From assembly GCA_051362555.1 (NCBI GenBank), contig CM120643.1:5022001-5086000 (forward strand): a stretch of DNA of 64,000 nucleotides, read 5' to 3'. The notes beneath the pieces were generated by a model. It made no database searches and was not told the origin of the DNA. It saw only the letters and a program-made list of their open reading frames with translations. Below are positions 26,461 through 40,830 of the stretch, piece after piece (position 1 is the first letter of the stretch; every line of letters begins with the position of its first letter). This DNA is from Lingula anatina. Taxonomy: Eukaryota; Animalia; Brachiopoda. The translations under genes and the position numbers were made by a program.

Positions 26461-26781
26461 ATGGTATAGTCTAATGCTTATGAACAAAATTTGGATTCTC
26501 AACTGTCTTATTTAAAAAAGTCATGCGAACTAATAAAATGTGAGCCTAACATTCAAAATGTGGGTTCTTTGAAAGGGGGGTAGGGGAGAGAAAATGCTTG
26601 CCATATCAATTTGATTAAAAATATCACAATGCATTATATATCTTTATAGAGGCAATTTGCAAAGGATGGAACAATCAATTTTATAAATCTTGAATGTATG
26701 ACAATTAGTCAAGTGCCATTGATACGGGGTCAAATGTCACAAGAAGTCATATTTTACAGATTTTTCATGAATTAAAAGCAA

Positions 26782-26910
26782 TTTTTATGTACAGACACAG
26801 ATGTGTCACCGTTACCTAGCTGCGTCTGTTGATGCCGTCGTTGCTGTGCACTTTTACCGAACATGATAAGTGGAAAAAGGTTTTACCTTTTGTCTTGAAA
26901 CTTACAGAAC
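26782..26910 (+). mobile_element. Truncated 5' end of the same HINE-like family
   Basis: TTTTTATGTACAGACACAGATGTGTC...GATGCCGTCG...GATAAGTGGAA matches the start of the 25143 copy. Confidence 0.7.
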
Positions 26911-28119
26911 TTATGTGTATCATATTGCCATTGTCCTTTTAAAATGACAAAACATTTCAATCTTCTTCATTCTAGTCCCATTAGGAGATTAAAGTTAATA
27001 AATTCAGACTATGTCTGATATATCAGGTATGAAGAGAAGATATGAAAATGCCTTCAGCCTCATTCTCTCCTAGTCCTTTAAGATTGAATCATGTCATGAA
27101 TTAAGTCCCACCAATACCACAACAAGAGAATTTTAGTACCAGTTAGTTGAAAGTTATATTTTAAAAGGTTTGTATCAAAATATTGTGCAGTCCTCTCATG
27201 AAGCTGAACTTTCGGAGATATTATTATAGTTTCAATTTTCATATATATAATGTTAGCAGATTCAGGATGGGTAGTTTATGTTCTGAATGTAGTCCTGAAA
27301 GAAAGTGCAGTGAGGTCCACAATTAGCTCTTTCATTTTCTGCTAAAATTTTTGAACTTACACCAAATTCTCAAAATTTTATAAAGGGGGCATGTACACAT
27401 TATACTCAGAATATCTTCAGAATGATAACATATTGTAATAACTCATCGGTTGGCTATTCAGGTTCTTAGATTTTCTTTTTCACCAGTAAGGCAACTGAGA
27501 CAGGCAGGTGTAGTTTTCTGCTACATGGTTTATTTGACTGACTGTAAAACTCGTCTCTCTCTCTCTCACCATCTCTCTCTCTCAGTATCCATATCTAGGT
27601 CTCTATCTATATATGTCTCTCCTATGTCTCAACCTCTGTTTCAGGTCTCTCAGTGATTGCGAAAGAGATTGAAAACTTACCAGACATGTGGGCTGGAGCA
27701 AATTAAAATTTGTCAGCCCACACCTTTTTTTACCAGCCCACAATAAAATGTAATAAGACGCAATATACTACATAAAGCTTCAAGTTTAAACATCCTTTAT
27801 TTCAAGTTTTTAATTATGCTCAACAGGTAATACTAATGTAAGTAAAATGTGTAAAAAGTTCACACTTTGAAAATGTATAACTTCCAGAAAAAGAAGCCAA
27901 TTAGACTGCTTTTCCAACTCAGGCTGCATTTTAGTCCTGTATTTCTATTTTGAAAGTTTGGCAATCATAAATAACATGGTTTTCCCATAATGGTCATCAT
28001 GGCAGCAGCACCCAAAATTGTGTTTTCTTCTTTTTTAATGCAATATTACATAATGCTTAACATCTGTGTCTGTACATAATATTTAAATCAATCGTGCTGG
28101 AAAGGTTGCCAAAACGTCA

Positions 28120-31100
28120 TCAGGTGTCTCTTGCAAAACGATAGAGAAAATCAAGATTCTGTTGTTCAATGTCCATGTCATCTGCATCACTGTCAGTGTA
28201 ATATCTATCATAAAAGTCATTAACTTTGTCTGCCACATTTTCCACGTCACTTTCACTTCCAGAGTTAAGGTCTTCCATTGATTCTGCAATTTCTGCTCCC
28301 TCCAACTCAGCATTGTCACTCTTGCTACGACAGTATTTTATCTTCCTTCCTGAAGACTGAAAAGTAAAAAGGGAAAACTTCAAATGGGAGCACATATTCA
28401 TAAAACTAAAAAGTTATGGTTAATATTATCACTTTACACATATAATTGTCACCTTTAATCAATTATTAACAGGTCCAAAAATTACATACTAGCCAGCTCT
28501 CCAATACTGGTGTTGGGTTAAATGCATCTACAGGTGATGATTCCAGTTTCACCATCATTAAACTGTCCATTGTGGATGACTTCAATCTACACCTTCTGTT
28601 GGTCTTTATTAATTTCATCTGAGAAAAAGTGGTTTCGCATCTCACTAAAGTAGGAGGCAGAGATTGCAAAAGCTCTATCAACAGGAGGCAGGAAAAGTCT
28701 TCTCCATATTCACACATAACTTGTGGCCAAGATGTACCAGAATGCAAACTGTCACCATACCTGTGAAACAAGAAAAAAACAAACACATTATTCCCCTAAC
28801 ACTTCATTATGAAATATCTCTGATCACTATAAAAAATTAATAAATTAAAATAATCTTTAAGTTAACACTATAAACAGAAACCAAATTACCAATGAAATGC
28901 ACATGGCTTGTCTTTTATCTATAGTAATAAGAATGTATTGCCAATATGTGGTAAAACATTTTTGATAGCAACTACATTATGGAATCTTAATTTTAAATAT
29001 TCCTTGAAACAAACCATTAAGATTGCTTTGTGTCATGATAGCACAGCCAAAACAAACAAATAAAAAAAAAAAAACGTAGAGTAATATACCTTTTGTACAG
29101 TACCCGCTTCAGAACCTGCCACTCCTGCAAGACTACTTTCTCATCCACATCCATACCAGCTCCTACAAGGGCATTGGGGAAATGTCTGAGCACAGTTTGG
29201 ACTTCTTCAGTGCCAAATTCTGAAAACAGCAAAATAATAATAATAAATAAATAAAATGATGCTCTCCGAAAAACTGCAGGATTACTACAGTCAGAATTGG
29301 AAAAAAAAAAAATGTTTCACTCAGCTAAATTATTTGTTTATATATTCTTACTATCTTAAATAACTTAAGACAAAACCTAGTGATTGAAAAGGATTTAATA
29401 ATTTGCCAAACATGGACCTGTGCATATCTGTACAAATTAAATCTTGTTCTACAAATGTTGTAAATAAAATGCAAGCTTCAAATCTTGTACATAAAATTTA
29501 AGTGAAGTAATATAACTGGCACAAGAACATACCTTCAATCTCTTTGATGTTTCCATTTGGAGGCCATCTTCTGAGGTTACATATAGCAGTTGCTTTAACA
29601 ACATTCATTTCAGAATCATTAAAGCCAAACCAGGTTTCAATGCTCTCAATCAGCCCATCAATAAGAGATTCCTTATAGCGTAGTTGTGGTTCTCTGCCCT
29701 TCAAGGTAACCCCTTTGAATTTACCATCAGTCAACAATTCACAATAATCCCTAAAAGTAAATAAAATGGGATTAAATTAATCATATCCAACTGTTTTTTT
29801 TTTAGTTCTGATGTACAAAAATAAATAACATTACTTTTTCATCAAAAATATAAATGCATATTAGAACTTGGAGAAATGTATAATTTGCAATTTCCAAATA
29901 AAACAATAAATATGTGAACAAAAGATAAAACACAGTTAAATTGATATTCAAGAAAATCAAAATAAGGTGATACCTGGACTTGAACTTAAGAAGGTTTTCA
30001 ACTGTGACCTCATACCATACCATGGCATCGGCCAATGTGACCTCATCGCTTTGTAATTTCAGTGAAAGCCTCATCAATGGATCTAATAAATCCTGGAAAA
30101 ATTATGTAATTTGACTTGACTAAAAAAAATCTTAACATACTGCAGAGTATTAAATTTTGTAAAGGTCAATGTTTTGGGTTAAGTTACTTTCACCATATTG
30201 TGTTATGAGCCATAACTTTTAAAATATATCACTATGAAAGCTGCCAGTGACATACCTGTAACACCAACATAAATAAGACAATCTCTTTCTGCAGCAATAT
30301 CTTGACAAGTCCTTCAGCCTTTGCATTCTCATGGCTGGCATTGCTCAGGTGAAGTTCATAAGCTGGAAAGTTGTGCAGAATATTATCCACCCCCCTGCTA
30401 ACATGACAGATCCACCTCGTCCCTGTTACTTTGGGAGGCAGTGTGCCCTGGAATGGTAACTTCCCTTGAGTAAATATGCAAAATTAAATAAAAATAAAAA
30501 TAAAAATAAATTTAAAAAAAAACTGCTGACCAATTAAAAATAATCCAGAAAAATTGAGAGAAGAAAATTATTATTACAAGTGTAGAAATTTCTGGAAATG
30601 ATGAAAAGGTACATGCAATAGTGTAAAATATCCACAAATACCTGGATCTTCAAAGTATCCCATGCTCTCTGCAGGCCCTTCTTGTTCTTGTGGGATTTCT
30701 TGTAGAAGTAATGAAGTCCTATCATCACTGTCATCACTCTATCGTAGAGCTTTTTACAATGAACTTTTGTCACATCCTTCATGGCCAACTCCAACCTGTG
30801 GCACAGGCAGTGCACTGTCACAAGCTCTGGGTTATCACTCTGAAGACGAGATGCCAAACCAGACTTACTGCCTAACATGTTACTGGCCCCGTCACATCCC
30901 ATTCCTACCATTTTACCTAGATAATGATTAATAACAGAAAATTAATATCATCCAAGAATCTGTACACTGCAGAATCTTGAGCGTATACATTATGTGACAC
31001 CTAGACAAAAAAATAATACCGCAGCACCTGGATATTAAAAATTATTTACAAATGTTGAAAACATGAATTCGAACTAGGTATTCATTTCACTCAGAGTATT

Positions 31101-34100
31101 TTTGTTCACTTTATTTGGATTCTCAGCGTTACTATCATATACATATTAAATTAATTTTAATATTTACCTTTGAATATTTCACTGTCAATCTGACTATTTA
31201 TGAAAACATGATTTACATGGTCATACAGATCTGCAGCGCATGTGCTCTTTGGTGAATCTATGGACAGAAACTTCATACTGGGAACTCCGTTTTTGGTAAA
31301 CCTTATATATATTGTCTCTTGTTCATCTCCTGAATGAAAAATTAAAACTCCAGTTACATTTGAGTGAACTTATAAAGACGAAGTTTATAATATATACTAT
31401 TTCACAGAAATAAAAAATTCATGCAAAACATCTTATGATAAGGTATCCAGGATATTCAGACATGGATTTACCTGTCAAATCACTACTGCCATCCATAATG
31501 AAACTGAAAAAAGGAGCCTCTTTCACACTCTGGACAATTCTGCTTTTCTCCTGAGCAGCAATGGCCTCGATGAACCCGAGAGCGGCCCTGTTGTTCTTGT
31601 ATGTGTTTGCAGTGTCCAGGCCTTTGGCTCTATCCAAGACGACAAGTGAAGTAAAATCCGTCAGCGGACGATTCATTTTAGCAATATAATGGGCGTTCCG
31701 GACCTTGAAGCAGTAAATAAGGAAAAAAATGAAAAAATAAAAAAGTGAAACGTCAAGTTTAAATGTAAAGTTCTATGAAATAAATTGAGAACTTTCACTG
31801 ACTTAACCACTAAACTACTTCACAAGACAGTATTAATCTCTTCAAACATTATTTGTCTCCCTTACCATGCTTTCTAAACGACTTCGTTCTGCCGACTTCA
31901 GGGCTAGGAGAGCCTTGCCTGCCGTACTTCCTGCGACTGCCGCGGAACTCGCAGGCTCTCTGTTTGACAGTGTAGAAAGCGCTGAAATATGTGACTTGCT
32001 GACTTCGTGGTCCTTGAGGGCACTCGTTTTAAAGTTTTTGCACCCAGATATAAATGAGTTTTGCAATGTTCCCGCGCCATAAAACTTTGCACATTTATAG
32101 GCCAGTCAATAAACAACTTAGGTTGGAAAAAATTGGTGACAAAGGTTTCTCAATTGATTCTGGTCCGTTGAAGGCCCAATATAGCCCAAAAAATTTTCCC
32201 CATGAATCCCCCCATGGCAAAGTCTCATTTTCCACAAAAATCCAAAATGGCCGCTATTGAATGGGGTGGGTGGACTTGAAATCCATAACTTGAGTACCCA
32301 ATGTCACAGAAACATGCTTTAAGTATCAATTCCTACTAAGTGAAGGATCACCAATCTTTTACAACTAGTTTCAAGGTCACTGGAGGTCAAGGTCATAACC
32401 TTATTACAAAGTCAAGGCAAATTTGGAGAAAAAAAACCCATAATGTCTATATGACAGTTTCCAAGTGTCACAGAAACATGTTTTAAGTATCAACGCCTAC
32501 TAAGTGAGGGATCCCCAATCTTTTGCAACTAGTATCAAGGTCACTAGAGGTCAAGGCCATGATCTTATTACAAGGTCAAGGGATTTTTGGAGCAAAAAAA
32601 AAAAATTAATGTCTATGTGACAGTTTCCCAGTGTCTTAGAAACATGTTATAAGAAACAATATAACCCAAGTGGGACACTGCCAAACACTTGTAAAGTTCT
32701 ATTTTCAAGGTCACCAGAGGCCAATATTATGAAAAAATTTCAAGGTCATGGTATTTTTCAAGTGAATGATATCATATTATCTATATCTTGGTAACCGTAT
32801 GCCACTAAATCATGCATGTTAAATGTATCAATTCCTTCTAAATGAGAAGTAAACAATCAGTTGCAACTAATTTAAAGGTCACCAGAGGTTAAGTTTATGA
32901 CTTATAATTACAAGGTCATGAGGTTTTCAAGCAAAATCCCATACTTTCTCAATTACCAAATGTGTCAGAAACGTGTTAAGCATGCCAATTAATGCCTTGT
33001 AAATGGGGCCCTGTTTATCATTTTCAACTATTTCCAAAATCTAGGAGGTACAGGCTTGACCTTATTGCAAGGACATCATGAAATTTAATGAAAATTTGAT
33101 TCTAGGGTGTGCTAAATACAACACATAAGATTGTTTAAGAGCAAAATATGCATCTCCATTCTTTATGACAAATGTTACATTTTGTAGAGCGACCTGAGCC
33201 CACTAATTGTGGTTTGATGTAAATACTTAATTTTAATACAGGTGCTATAGGCGTAAGCTCTCTTCTTGTCTGCCCAATAATTGACCTAAAGCCTTCTTGT
33301 CCTACCTTTTTATGTATGATCTACTTTGGAGTATCTGTGTGCCATTGTAGAGAGGAGATAGTGGATAAAGCATATTTGTCCATTTAATCAGTATCTGTAT
33401 TTGGTTGCTTTTATGACAACCAAAGACCAGCCATTACTGAATTGCCAATGGTAAAGTGTGTTGAATCTTAATGGTCGATTCAATACCTTTAGCTCCATCA
33501 TGGATGGGTGAGCTGTAAGAGCTATACCCTCTCCCAAGCCGTCTGAGCATGCTGACACAAGTCGGTACTTGGGTTAATTGGGTAATTTTAATGGGCTGAG
33601 TGGGAAATTAAGAACTTTTTTGTGTGAAGACAAACTTGTAGATGGTGCACTTTGAGTGTCATTTCAGCATCTTTTTTCCTAAATATCCCAATTCTTGGTC
33701 CTGCAGTGGGATTCTGAAATAAGCTGAAGGTCATTTGCTGGAAAGAACTTGCTCACCGCAAGTGAACACTCTATTAGGTGTAGTATGTGTTGGTCGATAA
33801 ACTTTAAAGCTGCTGTTTCGTGGTGTGCTCATCTGTGTCAAAAGTATAGTTACATGTTTTCATATCATGCCAGCTCCTGTCAGATTGGAAAACTAGAACT
33901 GAGACATGATTGCAACCTGGAAGTTTTTATCAGGTCTGTTAGGATAGGAAACTGGCTACAGGCTCTCATCATCATCCTTCGTTTACATTGCTGCAGCTCA
34001 GTTGACAGTCATTGTGTCGAGCTTGCGGTCTCAAAAAGGGGGAGGGGGGCTTTTTTTCTGAAAAAGTGGACCTTCTACCAAGAAATATTTGTGTAATTAG

Positions 34101-36442
34101 ATAAAATTTTATCCAGAATGCCACTGGCTACAGGCCTGTATTTGATGGTCAAAGCACCAAGGACAAGGGACGTACAAACGGTTGTAGCAGGGACTTTGTA
34201 TCCTTCAGTTTGGATCTGACCATGTAGAAATAACCTTCTGACAACTATTAAGCGATCAGGTGGTAATAAATGCTTATTGAATGTTGTGCATTAATGCAGA
34301 CTACCTTATATCCTCAAGTTGCATTGAAGCAAATAGTCCAACTTATCTGCAGAGGACACATTTGCCTTTTAATCACTGTCCATCATGCAGTCAAATTGCT
34401 CCTTAAATTTGTCCAGGAAAATGTATTTCTTCTCTGAAAAGGACTCTTATTGACCTATACCTATCTCTGCTATGCCACATCTACATGTAGACCTATTGTT
34501 ATAGACCCACAGCTAGCAATTGTGATAAACTTGTGGCTAGTAAGTTTGAAGATTTGAGAGAAGCATTGGAAGTGAATATCTGAGAAATCAACATTTGATA
34601 ATTTTTTTTAAAGCTGGAGAGAAACCCAAGTTATTTGTCTGGGCAAGAAGGTAAATACCATAAAAAGGTGCCATCCCACCTGGTTATTTTTCCCCAGGGA
34701 AACTGCTTACCTACTTCTGATATGGTTGTTTCATTCCTTGTAAACTAACCACCGGTTGTATGATTGGGTTTTTTTACTGGCAGTTTGTACCCCCAGCCTG
34801 TGTCCAATATAAAACGTCCCCGTTTCTAATTCCAGAATGTTTTATCTAAATATATATATATATACCCAACATGAATTAATTCCCCCATTGCAGTAGTATA
34901 GAATGCTGTAATAAGATTCTGAATATTCCAATTTTTTACATGTCTTATGTGAGGCTACAATGGTGATTGTATAACAGGCTGTCTTTGCCCAGTATGAAAC
35001 ATGTTTATATTTTGTTATTAAGTTTTCAGTGTACTTTTAGTTCCTGTATAATGTAAAACACACAGCTTTATTTAAACATAGATATAACACCTAGGCCCTA
35101 GTGGTTTTGAATTGGGTACAGTATACCCTTAACCCTTGTAAACTGCATGCCATTTATTTAAATGAGTAATATGCAGTAGCAGCGATGCCTTTTCTGTAAT
35201 GAAATATTTTTTAAACAATCACCTGTGTTGTATTTGATAAGTGTAAAATCAATTTTTCTTAAATATTATGACAACCTTGTTATAAGGATATGACCCTGAC
35301 CTATGGTGATCTTAGTAATAGTTTCAAATGATCGGCAATATGTCACTTTAGTATGAATCGATACTTTAAACATGTTTCTGTGACATTGGCCGGGTTATCA
35401 AAATGTAGACATGATGGCATTTTGTCCGAGCTAAAAATGCCATAACCTTGAAAATAAGGTCATAACATTGACCTCTGGTCCCTTGAAAGCAATTGTATAT
35501 TATTCTCAGAACCTCAGTTAGTAGGAAATGATATTTAAACATGCTTCTGTGACATCCAATTACAAAGTTTTGGCTAATATGGGAATTTTCTGCTCGAAAA
35601 ATGCAGTGTCCTTGAAATTAGGGTCATAACCTTGACCCCAAATGACTGAATAAATTTGCAAAATAATGGTGGTGCATCATTCAATAAAAGTGGATACTAA
35701 AATATGTTTTGTGGCATTAGGTTACCAATATATGGACAGCACGTCATCTTTTTGCTCGCAAAATGTATAGATCTTATGATTAGGTCATGACCTTGACCTC
35801 CAGTGACCTTGAAAGTGGTTGCAAAAGATTGGGAATCCCTCACTTAGTAGGAGTTGATACTTAAAACATGTTTCTGTGACATTGGGAAACTGTCATTTAG
35901 ACATTATGGGGTTTTTTCCTCCAAAAATGCCTTGACCTTGTGATAAGGTCATGACCTTGACCTTTAGTGACCTTGAGACTACTTTCAAAAGATTGGGGAT
36001 CCCTAACTTAGTAGGAGTTGATACTAAAAACATGTTTCTGTGACATTGGGTTCCCAAGTTATGGATTTCAAGTCCACCCACCCCATTCAATAGCGGCCAT
36101 TTTGGATTTTTGTGGAAAATGAGACTTTGCCATGCGGGGATTTATGGGGAAAATCTTTTGGGCTATATTGGGCCTTCAACGGACCAGAATCAGTTGAGAA
36201 ACCTTTGTCACCAATTTTTTCCAACCTCAATGGGGAAAATATGCTCGTTTACTGGCGTCCTCGTCGTCATCATAATACACCCAAGGATGCAGTAATTTCC
36301 ATTTTGGGTTAAAACTCCGTTTCCGTGTTTTATCACACTCTTGAAAAAAAGATTTTCTGCTAATGTTAGTGGTATTTGGGCTTTTTTTTTCACTATTTTT
36401 CTCTACAATACCGAGCCACGAGGTGATCTTCGACGTGGACAT
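28120..36442 (-). pseudogene. ZNF862-like hAT transposase, 10 exons, about 760 aa, disrupted by the insertion in exon 1
   Basis: Exons: (36442-36228 + 32097-31866), 31703-31472, 31329-31168, 30916-30642, 30447-30256, 30092-29974, 29750-29533, 29219-29090, 28760-28490, 28356-28120. All introns are GT-AG and phase-compatible; total 2283 nt. Start context GCCGGCGCCATG. Motifs: RSFNPKW..HPW (TTF-type zinc finger), DGSSD, CDGA, HCLCHRLEL, GTRW, CETTFS. AATAAA at about 27800. Confidence 0.9.
32098..36227. mobile_element. Academ-like long-TIR DNA transposon relic nested in the hAT transposase
   Basis: Left end TAGGCCAGTC. TIRs of several hundred bp (AGGTTGGAAAAAATTGGTGACAAAGG...CCTTTGTCACCAATTTTTTCCAACCT) contain AATCCAAAATGGCCGC and about 165-bp subrepeats. 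The right TIR lacks the terminal 22 bp, so no TSD is visible. The interior is decayed; the minus strand near 33550 reads SMLRRLG. The family name is inference. Confidence 0.75.
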
Positions 36443-39400
36443 GGCGCCGGCGAAGGTACTTGCGGTCACATGACCACATGGTTTCATACTCTCCAAGCAG
36501 CATTCGCTTTATTAACAACAGCGAGGATCTTCTGCCTGGAGAGAGAGTAACTTTCGTTTGCCGCGTGATCGATAAAGAAACGTCAATTACTGGTGTACTA
36601 CCCAATCAGATAAAAACCACACCCACTAAATCTTATGGACAGGCTGGCATGTATTTGATACAAAATATCTAGTGCGTGCACAGAGCTTAACGATAAATTC
36701 AGATGAGGCGAGTTGAAGAGGCGAGTTTTCCCTGTTAAGAAATAGACTTTAGTCCGTCGGACATGTGGGCCGATGAGTTTTAAGGATGTACCAGCCCACA
36801 GAATTTTTGCCGGCATATGGCCGTGGTCCGACGGCTTTCGCAATCACTGGTCTCTGCTCTCTCTCTCTCTCTCTCTCTGTATCTATATCTATGTCTCTCT
36901 ATCCATATCTCTTCTATCTATCTTCCCCTCTCTGAGGCTCGGTTGCTGTTTTTATACTCGATATTAATTTACATTTTAAATGAACTTCCATAACTGACAT
37001 GCAACACGCATTTGAATAGATTAAAACTTAACTGTAGATACATTTAAATTAAACAAATATGGAAATCACATATATGGAAATCGAACTAATAATATCAGTA
37101 CTATTAATGGTTCACCACATGCAAGCTGCCATGCTTAAGTACATCTGAATAAATTAAACAAATATGCAAATCATATACATGCAGATTTAAACTTATCAGT
37201 ATTATTAATGGTTCACTACAATATATTTGTCTTGGTGCCATCTAAGGTCACGCAAGCGTTTTTCATCCTTTAAAATGCACTAAATTGCACATTGTTTGTC
37301 ATAATTTTATTTTTATTATTTCTCTTGGAGGGTGGGATAGCTCTAAAAGACTTAGTAGGTGATGGCAGAAAAACAAATAATAAGTGGAAAGAATGACAGT
37401 CAATGAAAACGCATCATTTATTTATCAAATAATATTTTTGTTCCTTTGGCACATTAAGAAAATAACAGTTTATGTGTGAAATATGACCCATTATTAAGTT
37501 ACATAAGGTGAACTAAAGGTAAGAAAAGATCATTAAAATGCAAGGTCACGTAATCAAATCTCTTTGGTTCCCCCCCATCCTCCAGCATCCCCAGGGCCCG
37601 CAGGCACTCTTTCGGTGTCAGATGTGGCATCACTGAGCTTTTTTGTCATGTGTCACACTGGATTTGGTGACTACCCTAAATAGGCTTAATTAATCACCAT
37701 ATATTGAACCTGAGTAAATCACACAAATCACGAGACTGGAAAAACACATGATTTTGTAACAGCTGGTCACAAAATCAATCAAGCGGAAATTTTAAACATC
37801 CGAGTGGTCAGCCCACTCTCTTATGACCAAACAAGTTCATTTGTACTCGTTTAAATGGTTGGAATCAATTCTCGGTAAAAAAAAATACAAGAAAGTTTTC
37901 TGATGCGTTTTCATTGACTGACAGTATATCCTGAATTCATCCATGTACAGCATAGGCTGATGATGGACCAAGGACCTGAGGACAACCCCCTCCATCCCCC
38001 ACCCACCCCTCAAAACACACACACACACACACAGGGTAGATAGAGCCTTTATAGATTTTACAAAAAGGGAGAAAAACAGACCAAAGATTAAACATTGAAG
38101 TAGGTTTCATCTGGCACATAAAACCACATTATCATGTTGATTGATTTAATTTTTTGCTGAAATTATCAATTTATTTGGTTGAACATTCTCATTTAGCAGT
38201 AGTTAAATGTTAAAATTCCATCAGTTAGGTAAAAAGGTTTTATCCATGAGCCAGCCCAGTCAATATTTGGGTCCTTAGTATACTGGTAATAAATGTTGAT
38301 ATAATAATTTTTTTCCAAACTAAATTGAAATACATAATACTGACTCTCAGTGTATACTGTAACAGTTAGAAGTTTTAATATTCTAAATCTGCCAATTAAT
38401 GTTCACGTATTAGATGGAAAAAAGACCGTGGAAACCAAGCTGCATGTAAAAGTATATTATAAGTTTCTGATCATATTCATGTCTATTAACAGACTGAATG
38501 TTTTAAGATTTTATACTTTCATACTGACTAGTATTTCAAGTCAACTACACATTGACTTTCATAATATGCATTGCTAATTTACATGTAGAAAACACTGAAT
38601 CTTTCAATTTTTGCAATTTTTCTTAGATGGAACACTATCCATTGTGTACACTGAATTGACGAGCACTTTTAACTGCTGAACCTCCATAGTGACCGATAAA
38701 GGAAAACCATGTCACTTATTCTCTCTAACACTTACAGGAAATAAACATAGGACTGAAATACAGCTTCAGTTGGAAAATCTGTCTCATGAGTTAATTTGCT
38801 GGAAGTTATACAGTTTTTTTGTGAAAATTTAATTTTTCACTTAACAACATTTTCAAGGTGTGACCTTGAACTTCCATTGGTTTGAAGACCTTTGTAAGTC
38901 ACATTTTCTGAATATGTCCATTATACTTTTATATTACCATTAAATATTGATGGTCCTTTAGCTGTTAAGCTTTATGTAATATTGCATCAAAATTGAAGAG
39001 AACTCTATTTTTGGCACTGCTTTTACTTTAATTGGTATTACCTGTTGTGCATAATTAAAATTTGATTGTTTGATTATACCCGAAAATGATTTTTGTACAG
39101 ACACAGATGTATCTTCAATTTGCTACAAAAAAAAAAAATAAAATAAAATAAATAAATAAATAATTTAATAAATAAATCAGATGGAGGACTATGAAAAAAT
39201 AGGTATCAAATTATGTACCTTGTATAGAAAATAATTGAAAAGCCTATTCTGTATTGATGATAGTTCCAAGGACTAATATCCACAGTATACTTCACCTGGG
39301 GTGAAATTTATTTATAATTGCAATATAGAATCATTTTGAATAGTGTTCCTTCTGGGCATGGACATAATGAGAGGACGTGAAACGCGAAGCAAGATCAAAG

Positions 39401-40019
39401 GATAATTGGGCTTAACGTGAGCTCTTTGCGAAACCATGTGCGTTCGGATCACGCGACCTCCCGTACAGGTAGCGAGCATATCGCAGTTGTCAATGACTTT
39501 TTGTGTCATTTGGGCAGGTAGTTCGCGATAACGTGAGTCAATCTTTCGGGTGGATGAGACAATAAAATTATAGAGATTTAGTATAAGTACAATTTGTTCT
39601 GTCAATTTGGAAGCTATGTGAGAATGTGATATGTTTATTCATGGAGGAATTCAAAATGCCCTATGTGGTAAAGGCAATCTTGTTTGTTGCCGTAAAATGA
39701 GCATTCAAAATTGTACAATTGTAGTGTAGTATACTTGTTTTCAGCTGTGATCCGATTGGAAAATATTTTTAGTGTCAAACTTTTCTCTCCATGTGAGAAA
39801 TTAGCCTGAGACGCGGCAATAATGAAACCTTCAATCGTGTTTTGAATTAAAATGATGCAATTCCTCTCCGATTTATTCAACTCGCTGACATCATTTTAGG
39901 TCTGGTATTTTTTACGTACGGTTTAGATAAAGGTGGCGTTTACACTGCTGTGTACTATATGAATAGGTTTATGTTACTTGCTTAAGTAAGCCCGAATCAT
40001 ATAATGATAATTAATATTT

Positions 40020-40141
40020 TTAACATTCAGTATGGGCTCTCGTTGCAATAGGGCACCACACACACATTCGTGACCCACAAAAACGCACCTGTGGGTCTTT
40101 TAATATTCTTTTATCAAAGTTGACATTAACACTGCTCTGAA

Positions 40142-40207
<66 letters not shown>

Positions 40208-40830
40208 TACCGGCTACGGTCTGCTCCAGTCTGAGAATGATAATTATTATCTTTTTAACTTTCAAAATTGGCTCTCGTTGCAATGTGGCACCACACATGC
40301 ATTCGTTATGCACAAAAACACACCTGTGGGCCCTTTAATATTCTTTTATCAAAGTTGACATTAACACTGCTCTGAAGTATATATATATATATATTTTACA
40401 CATTACCGACTATGGTCTGCTCCAGTCTGAGAATGATAATTATTATTTTTTTAACTTTCAATATTGGCTCTCGTTGCAATGTGGCACCACACACGCATTC
40501 GTTACGCACAAAAACGCACCTCTGGATCTTTTAATATTATTTTACCAAAGTTGGCATTAACACTGCTCTGAAGTATATATATATATAACACATTACCGGC
40601 TAGGTATGCTCCAGTCTGAGAATGATAATTATTATTTTTTTAACTTTCAATATGGGCTCTCATTGCAAAATATGGCACCACACTCGCATTCGCTACGCAC
40701 AAAAACGCACTTGTGGGCCTCTTAATATTCTTTTATCAAAGTTGACATTAACACTGCTCTGAAGTATATATATATTTACACATTACCGGCTACGGTCTGC
40801 TCCAGTTTGAGAATGATAATTTATATTTTT
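40020..40830. repeat. Tandem repeat, about 190-bp unit x4, each with a variable (TA)n
   Basis: GGCTCTC(G/A)TTGCAA at about 40034, 40270, 40466 and 40655. ACACTGCTCTGAAG(TA)n is in every unit. Confidence 0.92.

Larger units (their letters stand above)
27651..36849 (-). mobile_element. Full-length hAT DNA transposon (about 5.07 kb without the nested insertion), 15-bp TIR, 6-bp TSD
   Basis: GTCTCT|CAGTGATTGCGAAAG...CTTTCGCAATCACTG|GTCTCT. Subterminal CAGCCCAC repeats occur at both ends, and it encloses a transposase gene. Confidence 0.93.

Noticed and set aside
28120-36442. Domesticated host ZNF862 gene
   Set aside because: It is enclosed by intact TIRs and a TSD and disrupted by an insertion, so it is a transposon copy.
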